Shown here piece by piece: positions 53,311 to 64,000 of a stretch of 64,000 nucleotides of DNA. The translations under genes were made by a program, and so were the position numbers. A model generated the notes under the pieces. It made no database searches. It worked only from the letters and a program-made list of their open reading frames with translations, and was not told where the DNA came from. Every line of letters starts with the position of its first letter. The stretch's first letter is position 1. Source of the stretch: Eledone cirrhosa (lineage: Eukaryota); the NCBI GenBank assembly GCA_964016885.1, contig OZ024740.1, positions 129,022,001 through 129,086,000 of the forward strand, written 5' to 3'.

Positions 53311-56128
53311 TATATATATATATATATTGCTTGCAAGGATGAAAGAGAAATAAGACTGTGAATTGATATTATTGCTGTGAATTGATATTATCTCGTGGAA
53401 AGCCGGAACATATGGAACAAAGAATATTTATCTGATGTTTTAAACACTCTTCCCGTTCATCAATATTTATATGAAAGTGTGCATTTGCATCTGTATATGC
53501 CCTGTGTTTCTGAAGACAAATTGTGAAAGCATTGGAGTTAAAGAGATAATTGCTGTATAATGAAATTGTACGCCAACAGCTTTAGCAATGGAATTCATTT
53601 TGTACAATCCAATTCATTTTCAAATAGAGGCGTTTTGCAAGTTTAGTGGATGGCGATAAATAGATAAACGTAATCCCATCAATTAATAACGCTAAAAAGT
53701 TTTAGCTACTCTAGTTTAACTAATTAATTCTTTATAATCTTTTTAGGAACAAGTGTATATACAACATATTAGATGACAAAATTTACTAAGTCATGGATAT
53801 ATTTATATACACGAATAATGATATATGAATGCACCAACAATATACTGGAATATCAAATTTGGGTTGTTTCTACAGATACAAACTTCCCACTATCCATCGA
53901 AAACATAGATTTCCAACTATTCGACGATTTATAAATTCCCCAACATAATGGCGTTTTACGGTCACATTCACCGTTTCGTTCATCACCTTTACTCTTCTCT
54001 TTTAAGTTAAAAGGTTATTGTTATTCTGAATTGGTATTGCTTAGTGTCAAATGCAATAGATGCGTCTGTACATGTTTCAAAATCTCTTTAATGCCTAACT
54101 TCCCAGACACTACCTCAAAATCTATCTCCATAATCCCACTTTTGCAAGAGACTCAAACCTCTCGAAACTGTTCTTTGTCGATATTTCCATGCATACATTA
54201 CTATTCTGATATTTAATTTGAACAAGGCACATAACTTCGATCTCTGAAAATTTACAAATTCCAAAGCCCCAGTTATACAACGAAAACAAACATATCATAT
54301 TTAATTAGTGACTATCATATATATTAATAGTGAAGGACGACGTATATCTCTAAATATTATCACAGAGGGTTTAAGTAAATTAGATTTTATATATTTTCAT
54401 AAAGAATTGTTTTCAAATGTTTCAGCACTTAGATATTTGTTCTTAAACAGAAACAAACTATCCATAAATATCTAATCCCTCGGTATATCACGTATTCACA
54501 AGCACATACACATACATATAGTCACCCGCATAAACATGTTATGATGAATTCAATGAAATATAATCTAACAGTTTCCCCATTGTGTTAAATCCTCAGCCAG
54601 TACTCGCAAGTTAAGTTTTCGAGTAGGCTGATCTGTTGAAAGGACAAATAGAACACTCATGGTTTAAACCAATGTACCATTTCCGCAATGATCTTTTCAT
54701 CACTTACTAAAATGTGTAAGTTACATCTGCAGTCATGCAATTGTTAATGATAATTATTCCTTCCAAGCCCTCCAGAAATATTAAATACTTAGATTTGTGT
54801 CATCTTTAGCTACCGAAGTGTTCTTATTTTAACTTTATAATTCAATAACTGAAATTCAATAGCCTAACATAAATGTTGGTTTACTATGATTTTAAATTGT
54901 CTTTGACCTTAACACCTATAAATATTATTTCACACATTTACTTTCATATTTTCTTTATCTCTTCTTCTAAACTACATCCGCTCATATACTTTTGATGATT
55001 CTACAGAGCGAGATTTTTGATTGACTAGTGCAGTTACTACAGTGCTCGTTCAACACGCAAACCTTAATACAAGGTTAAAAGGCGCAGTATTAAAGAGACG
55101 ATAAGTAAATCCGATGGAAATATATAGGTGAACAAATATATTTAACGAATATAAACACATCAGTAGAGGTAGGATATGCTTCTATATATATATCATTTAA
55201 TTTCATTTAATTCCATAGATTTCATATAATTTTTTAAACAAAGATTCATAATAAAAGCAATAAAACTAGGGTATATACGTAAAAGTGAAACAAAACCAGT
55301 GTGACGAAATATATGACGTGTGTATCTTTGAATAACAGACAAAATCTAAACGACAGTTGCATTCACAAATCTTACGTCGTGCTGAATAAATTAATAAGTG
55401 ATGCAATCTACATAGCTTTATTGCACGCGAACACCAAAATGACGAAGCAAAATTGTTACATGTTCGAACACACAGCATTCATGTACATACATGTACATAC
55501 ACATAACATACATATATACATATATACTAACATGTACATATATTCATGTGCATGTGTATGCGATTGGAGTATGGTTTTTAAAAATCGGTGTGTAGGTATC
55601 TTCATCTAACTTTCAGATAACTGTAGGAAACAAGGTGCTAGTTATTTGATATATTTATACATATAATCAAATGCCCGCAGGCAAAATTCATTACCACTCT
55701 TAGCATTTTACGTATGCATATTTGCGTATGATTTTTAATTTGATTTCATATTGTTTTAAATCTATCAACCCGGGAGCGTTCAGACGGTCGTCAGATCTTT
55801 CTGTCGAACAAATGTACTGATTTTCAACTAATTTGATGAGATGAATTTTAACATAGACAAATAAGATTTTACTCTGATCTGCCGTTTAAACACGTACATT
55901 TGTAGGTTTCATTTCTATTTAATGGTGAGTAAATACGGAATGGACGATAAATATATGTCTCTAAACACTGTATAATATTAAGATGAAATGAAAGTAAATA
56001 TTACAAATACAGAAAACTTACATATAAAACGGACATACAGGTATTAGATACGTAGAGCAAATAAGAAATGCAATATAGTGAGAGAACCCAGTGTTATATA
56101 TATATATGCTATATATATATATGCCATC

Positions 56129-56284
<156 letters not shown>

Positions 56285-56374
56285 TATACAAACATATATA
56301 TATATATACACATGCATACACACACAACAAACACACTCACACACACACACACATACACACACATATATATATAT

Positions 56375-57014
56375 ATATAATATAATAACGCTGAGTGTCG
56401 TGTATATGTATTATGTAGGCATCCTACACAACCCCCTATAGTTTCTTACCTTTACTCTCTACGTCGCACTTCCCTCCCTCTATAATAGATCATTCCCCCT
56501 CTCTATAATTTAACTGTTATAATCTCTCTGTCGCTCTTCATTCTCTAATATTAAAAATCTGAGCGTTTTCTCCATCTCTCTCTCTCTTTCTCTCCCTCTT
56601 TCACCTTCTCTATAATTTAACTGCTTTACTCTCTGTCTCTCTTCACTCTCTATATGACAACACTCTTTTACTTTCCGGAGCGTCGTATGTATGTTTATTT
56701 CAAGAGGATAACTTCCTTCAAATTTGGTCAACACACAAGCAGGTAATACATACATCAAAAGCAACCTTCTTAGAGAGACAAAGAGTGAAAGAGACAGATT
56801 TGGAAAACTACACACACACATCTTAAGAGAGAGAGAAGAGAGAGGGGAGAGAGAGAGAGACAGGGAAAGAGAAACAGAGGGAGGGCAAGCTGGTAATACA
56901 TACATCTAAAATCATATGGATACAAATATCATAATATAATGGTTGCAGAACGAAAATACAGAGAAATATAATAATGTATGTATCCCTCACACTTTAACTG
57001 TCGTCCCTCGCATA

Positions 57015-57112
<98 letters not shown>

Positions 57113-57624
57113 ACACACACACACACATAACACACACACAGGTACACACACACATATACACAAAACACGCACACACACACAAATACACATACTTTCACGC
57201 CTGATTTCGCCAATTGCCGGATGACATCAAAACAAAACACTTAGACACACACATGCACATACATACATACACAAATACACATACACATACACAAACACAC
57301 ACACACACATATCTATAATTTATATGTATGTATCTATGTAAGATCATACCACCCTCTCTATATTTTAACTGCTTTACTCTCTCTGTCGTTCTTCTCTCTC
57401 TGACAGCACTGTTTTAGTTTCCGTATCTCCCTTCAATATATACACATAGAGGGAGACAGGGAGAGCGATAGATAGATAGAGAGAGATTAGGAAATCTACA
57501 CACACACATCTACAGAGAGAGACAGAAGAAAAGAGGGGGGGAAAAGAGAGTGATAGGCCGTTAGACAGAGAGAGATACAATTAAAGTGTTAGTTATTCAG
57601 AGAGAGAGAGAGAGAGAGAGATAA

Positions 57625-57712
<88 letters not shown>

Positions 57713-57810
57713 AGAAGGACAATGTGACACGGGAGAGTGTGTGGTATCTTTGCAGTGGAGTGTTGAGGGCAGGTATACCTAGCTGGGCGCCAGCCGGACG
57801 GGCTAGCTAG
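56375..57810 (+). mobile_element. Helitron-like non-autonomous element
   Basis: Ends with a GC-rich subterminal segment gctgggcgccagccggacggg and CTAG|T at 57807-57811. Contains internal short repeats and microsatellites. The 5' end is uncertain. Confidence 0.45.
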
Positions 57811-58071
57811 TATATATATATATATATATATATTAGTAAAAAGGACAAGAAAATGCTGACAAATTTGTTCCCAGTGAAAAATAGTTTAATTAGGAATAAC
57901 TATAAATTAGTAATAAATAATGGTTAGTATTCAGTTTTAGTTTTAAGTTTTTACCGGTTGCGCATTTCTAATGCTTTTCAAAAATAATTTTGAAATAGAG
58001 CGCTCGTGATGTTTGCTCTAATCTGATCAGTTTTGGAAATTCTTACTGTTTTAAGTGAAAAAAGTTGCTCC

Positions 58072-58135
<64 letters not shown>

Positions 58136-59243
58136 GGTTTCGGTTTAATGTTAGCATTAAAGTAAGTACACAATACTGTTTAAAAACGGTGAAAACTATT
58201 TGATATACAATTACAATTTATTCTCCAGGAAATAATTTAAAGTGATGTACACCTGATATAAATAGATATAAAGAGGGGGAGAGCGAGAGAGAGAGAGAGA
58301 GAGAAAGAGAGTGTGTGTGTGTGAAAGAGAGAGAGAGATTTTTAAATTTGGAAATCACTATACAAATTTCGATTGCCCATCATCCGATTATAATGTATAA
58401 GTATAAATGATGATGTGCTCAAGCACAGGGATTCTATAAAAAGCTTAGAAAATAGTTGCCGTCGGCCACTATATATATTAAATCACAAATGTCATGAGAC
58501 AACAAGCATGCCATGCTGGATGTCTGCACCGCTTAACCAGATGATTCTAATTTTTAGTATAATGTGTCAATTATGTGACTACACACAAATATTCCAGTTA
58601 TCATCCAAAAATCATATCTCTCCGGTAGATTAGCAAAGTAGCTCCCATTCTACAAAACTTCTGAGCCATATAAACACTGACAATTCTCTGTCTCTATCCT
58701 CTAGCTACTACCAGAAATTCGGCATCTCGAAACGATCATAGCAACCTTCCCGCATACAATTCATCCTTTTGTCAACAATACATTTTGGAATAATCAAGTC
58801 GATATACTAACTAATCCTATTTATCCGGAACTCCATGCCATTGAAATTCATTCCCGGTCAATAAAATTATACATATTCTGAGACCAATCTTCAACGGTCT
58901 ATGAAGAATTTGGTTACAGTTGCCTTTCGCATGACGTACGTCTCTGCGTAATGCTCATTTTATAATGTTTAATGAAATAAGATTATATGAGACCAGCTAA
59001 TGTAATCAGAAAAACAGAAAACAAACCATTTGAAGTACAAGCCCTGCTCGTAACCATTTATAATAGTAATTGAGATAAAAAGACAAACACTGCAAGGATT
59101 GCAAAATGCACGTTATCATTATATACTGGCTGTATCTGTAATATTTGCATTGTTAAAGCTTTACATCATGAAAATAACCCTGATTGCATACATGCATACA
59201 GTGACTGAATTCAAAATTGTGTATAAAACTGAATACGTCTTAC

Positions 59244-59350
59244 CTGATATTTGCCAAGGTATTCCACGGAACACGGTAATACAGCCGTCTCACCGGCTAC
59301 TACAGTGACATTAACAACTGGAACATCAAAGCGGGGATCTGAGGCCAAGA
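59244..59350 (-). CDS. Internal coding exon of an Ig-superfamily cell-adhesion gene (lachesin/DIP/Dpr/IgLON-like), N-terminal half of the first Ig domain
   Basis: Minus strand: pyrimidine tract ...ttttctattaattgcAG, then tc + 35 open codons (LASDPRFDVPVVNVTVVAGETAVLPCSVEYLGKYQ), then donor GTAAGA. The pattern PxFxxPxxNVTVxxGxxAxLPCxVxxLG and the phase-0 intron before the expected VxW motif are typical of this family. Too short for the ORF track. Confidence 0.88.
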
Positions 59351-59606
59351 CTGCAATTAATAGAAAATAAAGACAAAAATGATTTACAGTAATATTAATA
59401 ATGATTTTATTTAATCATAAATACATCAATATGAGAGGATGGGATAGCCGATGATATTGAGTGTGGGCTATTGGTGGATACTTTATATTATCAACAACTG
59501 AAAAATGAAAACAAAACAAAAAAAAAGAAATATCGGCAGGATATGAAATCAGAACATACTGAATCGTAGCTCGATGGCGTAAAGCATATTGTCAGTGGTT
59601 CTGCAT

Positions 59607-62544
59607 TAGAGTGTGCCATAAAAAGCAAGGTCACAATACTAATGCTCCATGTATATTTTCCCATTATAAATGCCCCAATTAGTAAAATAAAACATATTTG
59701 TATAAAATAAATTATTTTGTGCCTTGCCTATATAATGGTGAATATAGTGGAACGTGTGATTATGTTGCATGAAATCATGAAAATGTGAAACCAAATATGA
59801 CCATACAGTAATTGTTTATTTTATTAATCCATTGTTGATTTGCAGTATCGGTAGAGGGTCGGACGCCATGCTTTGACGTTTAGAGTTACGGCCCTTGCCA
59901 TTCTGAGTTAAAATCCCACCGAGGTTTACTTTGCCTTTCATCTTTACGGGGTCGATAAAATAAAGTACCAGTAATATATTGGGATAATTGCTGGCCTTGT
60001 GCCAAAAGTAGAAACAATTATATTTAGTAAACCAGCTTTGAATATAAAGGCGTACAAGGAAGAAAAAGTTCAGTTAAGTTAACTCCAGTCATATTTTTTT
60101 CAGAGTTTCTTTTGTGAAATCCGGGACCTTGCGACGATGAGCTTCGACTACTTGAAGAATACACTGGTTCTCCTCCTTATTCTTGGAGATGGCAACAAAA
60201 TCAGTTATCAACTTGACTACTCTCCCCACCAGATCGTTGACTACCTTCTTATTGTGAACAACAGCACAGGCATTTTGATATGACACTTGTGATGACCAAG
60301 TTGCAGGTGACAGCTCAAGCCAAGTATCGTCGAGAGCAAGGAGATCGAACAGAAGCCTAGATTTTTTCCCAACTAGATCCCGCAGCTTCGAGGACGACTT
60401 CACCTCGGGAAATACTGAAGCACCACGGTCGAGAGGCCCAGACGTTTTCGTTTTGACAAGACCTTGGGCTATTTGTTTCCTCTCGGATTCCTGGACCCGA
60501 CTTGAAAACAGCGCTAGCGGAATGGCTTCCTCCGTCAGGTACGAAAGCTGCCTGCTCAGAACAGTAGTGGCTGCCTGTGAGAGATCTAGTCAACCTTATT
60601 GTACTGTGTCAACTCCACGTAGAATTGAAGGTCATTGGATGGTGCATCAGCACACTTGACTGCTGTCAGCCAGTATCGCATGTAGAACAGAGCTTTGAAC
60701 ATACAGATGCGGCGTAACATTTCCATGTTAACTTGATCGTAATTGAATTACTCACCAAATGCATACATCTTTGCACTATAGATGAATGTGGACATCCACT
60801 GAGCGTTATGATGTGTACCAGGCATCATCCATTGAATTCCACCAGGAGGGTAGACACCAAGCAAGATCAACATCAACTCGGCACATTCTCGGTAGTCGTC
60901 CCATGGAAGAGAACTCATTTTCCCATCGTCGGATGTTAGCAAATCTTGGAGGAATTTGATGTTCACAAAACACAGACGCTTGAGTCTCTGGTCGACAATG
61001 TTCAATGTTTTAAATTGGTCTTGTCCGTGAGTGACACCCAAACCTTTTTGAACTCCTTGAACTATGGGGTGTCTGGACTGGACATTGTTCCGAATAGATG
61101 TTGCCACATTGCACACAATATACGCCATATTGCGGATAAGCAAAATAAAACACCTTTTTGTTGAGCATCTCTTCTAGTTTCACGCAGGCACCATTTTTCC
61201 ATCCAGAATTCGAAGCAGTTATCGAAGACCAAGCCCACCACAAATCCATCAATATTCCAATCTTTAACAAGATCAAATGATGCTTTGGCCTGGGTGGTTC
61301 CAGTGCCATCAGGAATTATGGGAACACCGAGGAGTTTACCTTCCCTGAAATCCGGAGTTTCAGCAACTAGCACACCTAGCTTCTCGTGGTCACCAGGAAT
61401 TATTTTGCCATCCCAATCCAAGGTAACAAGGTCTGGTACAGCAACTTATTCCTTTATGTGTTCAGCCACCACAGTTCTGATCTTCTTAGCTGCACGTCTG
61501 CTACTATTCTTGGAGAGAGTTGTGGCGTCTATGTCAGTCCCACCCTCAGAAATAATCGATGCCATAAATGGTGTTCTCTGGCCCAGTGTCAGGTTTAAAC
61601 GATCAGCCATTAGAGGCATTTTTGGACTTTGAAATGTATTCTTTCGGAGTTCCAGCTGGAATTTTTCATTTCTTGTCTGACTTTGAGCTGTTTCTGAGTG
61701 GGTTTGAGGCCTGAAATTCAGGATCCTGTTCATCTTCAGTTTTATCATTGGTTGAACTTGAATACGTCAGTTCATTACGTGGAAGTTGTGCTGCTATATA
61801 TCCTGAAAAACTCTTTCTATGGTTCTCTGACTCTCGACGAGCCACAGAAACCTGATCAGGCTTAAATTTGAAGATACCTTTTTCTGGTAACCCTTGTCTT
61901 CAGATACTTTTTTCTGGCAACGCAGGACTTCGAGAAACGTAGCATCGTCCATTTTCTGTTCATTATTACGAAGACGGTCTTTTAAGCATCAGTATGTGCA
62001 ATGTAGAAATACGAATCCAATTCAGAAATGTATAGTGCTTCCTTTTCTTTGTTTACCTTAGAACCTTCCTTTTTTGTAAATTTCTGTATTCACTGTTCAT
62101 GTTCATAATTTTCAGTTTCACTTTGTCTTTTCGTTGAGTCGCCACAGCAGCTTTTTCCCACTGACTAACTACTTCCATCACAAGCCTATCCGCAATAGCA
62201 GCATTGAAGCTCACATGCTTTTCGTGTTTCATAGGACCATCTTTTAGGTAGAAGAAATATCTTAGAACATCCCCTTTGTTGGTATTTTGTTTGGTAAAAA
62301 GGATGTAACATATGGCCCCAGAAGCCATATTTCTCGATCATCACAACGGAGCGAGTAGTTACAACTAGCCCACTGGTTTCCGCCATTATTCTGCCAATTT
62401 GCAACTATTAGGCAAAGTTTAAATTAGTCTAAAATAATCAAAATTACATTATAAATTGATAATATACAAAATGGCATGAGAAAATGCAGAGGGAGCTATG
62501 AGAAAAACACTTTTGTGTAAAATGTGGTATTCTGGAACACCCTA
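59607..62544 (-). mobile_element. Full-length but decayed hAT (hATm-type) DNA transposon
   Basis: Imperfect TIRs TAGAGTGTGCCATAA (59607) and TAGGGTGTTCCAGAA (62544, minus strand). 8-bp TSD TTCTGCAT/ATCTGCAT. Frameshifted transposase at about 60089-62400 with WDGK, LLGVP..GTG, GLVFD..TASNSG..GAC, PGTHHNAQWMS and VVND..VKLITDF..QVVEAHR. Confidence 0.88.
59838..60021 (+). mobile_element. tRNA-derived SINE nested in the hAT element
   Basis: Family consensus located inside the TIR-bounded interval. Confidence 0.85.
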
Positions 62545-62577
62545 ATCTGCATATTCTGCTCTCATCACTATTAAATC

Positions 62578-62663
62578 ATAATTGTTTCTAATTTTGGCAC
62601 AAAGCCGGCAATTATCCCAGTGCATTACCGATACTTTATTTTATCGACCCCTTAAGGATGAAA
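62578..62663 (-). mobile_element. SINE 3' half
   Basis: Reverse complement of the core and tail. Confidence 0.7.
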
Positions 62664-62965
62664 GTTATTACTGACATTATTATTTAAGGATGACCCTTAA
62701 ACCATAAAGTCAGTAATAAAGATAATAATGATAAAAACAATAATATTAATAACAATAACGAAACAAAATCAATATAAGTATGCAATGGTATACAGATATG
62801 TTATTTAAAAGCTTAATATAGTAGGAAAACATTTAAATTTTCGGCCATTGATCATTTATCAGGATATAGAGAGAAAGGAGAGCAGAAAGAACGGCTTTAT
62901 TCATGCACAAACACTCACACATGCACACACAATCTCACTCACTCACACGCATGCACACATACATC

Positions 62966-63200
<235 letters not shown>

Positions 63201-63210
63201 TGTTATGTTG

Positions 63211-63261
<51 letters not shown>

Positions 63262-64000
63262 TTATAAAATTTATATTCTTGTAGGTGCATTTTATCCGTT
63301 AGCAATGTAGATGTCAGATACATCTGCTTAACATCCTTTCATTCCCATGAATGACACATACACCCTGAGTAGAATTTACGTTATCGTACCCACATTTTAT
63401 TCAAAATATCAAGTAATATAACCCTTTATATTCAGAAAATTATGCGCGACGTATATTTGCTACATTCGAAATACACCGATGGGTGGAGAGATATAGTAAA
63501 TCAGTTAATGTTCGTCTACATAAATGTAAGACAGAGAGATTGATTATTTGTGAAATAATGACAAAAATTTACGTTATGTTAAGAGAAGCAGTTGAATACG
63601 ACTATAATATTTTACGGTAGATTCCCATAAATGATTATCAATACATGATATCAGAACAATAATTATATAATACCATATTCTTTGCGTTATAAAGGTAAGT
63701 TTCGAAATACCTCTCACCAAATTACTTGACTTCTGAGTACAGAAAGCCCCATACAAATAAATATAGAATATCATATAATTGACACACATACTCGTACATA
63801 AAAAAACATAGATAAATATATATGTGGATGTGCGGCTACATGTGAGAACGGATATAAGAGGAGCTTCCAATTCCAGCGTCAGGATCGAACATTAATCCAT
63901 CGTTCCTCGAGCTGATCGGCGGGGAAATATATGTAATATGTAATTAAACATGTGTTAATGAATTAATACTGATTCCTTTTAATGTTAGTATATATGTAGA

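Noticed and set aside
58400-58960. Unique sequence near the Ig exon with Cys-containing short frames
   Set aside because: No continuous frame or recognisable domain on either strand.

Overview
AT-rich, microsatellite-dense eukaryotic DNA. The SINE families and repeat landscape suggest an octopus or other coleoid cephalopod (inference). Almost all entries in the supplied ORF track are (TA)n/(CA)n/(TTC)n artefacts. The only convincing host coding exon is 107 nt on the minus strand (59244-59350). It encodes the first half of an Ig domain of the lachesin/DIP/IgLON type, so most of the window is probably intron. The window is filled with decayed Penelope-like elements (PLEs: RT and GIY-YIG fragments, pseudo-LTRs), a tRNA-derived SINE (about 11 copies), RTE and R4/Dong LINE remnants, a full-length hATm-type DNA transposon with TIRs and an 8-bp TSD, Helitron-like elements and a probable C-type-lectin pseudo-exon pair. 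The main discovery is a dense set of type I hammerhead ribozyme (HHR) motifs, about 12 well-formed plus several decayed, from many unrelated families. They include: a 507/508-bp non-coding tandem repeat with one HHR per unit, folded into a roughly 1.7-kb palindrome (retrozyme-like); a compensatory base-pair change between two copies of another HHR; and a dispersed fragment that starts exactly at the predicted cleavage site. All structures were paired by eye, with no folding program or database search, and repeat boundaries are approximate.
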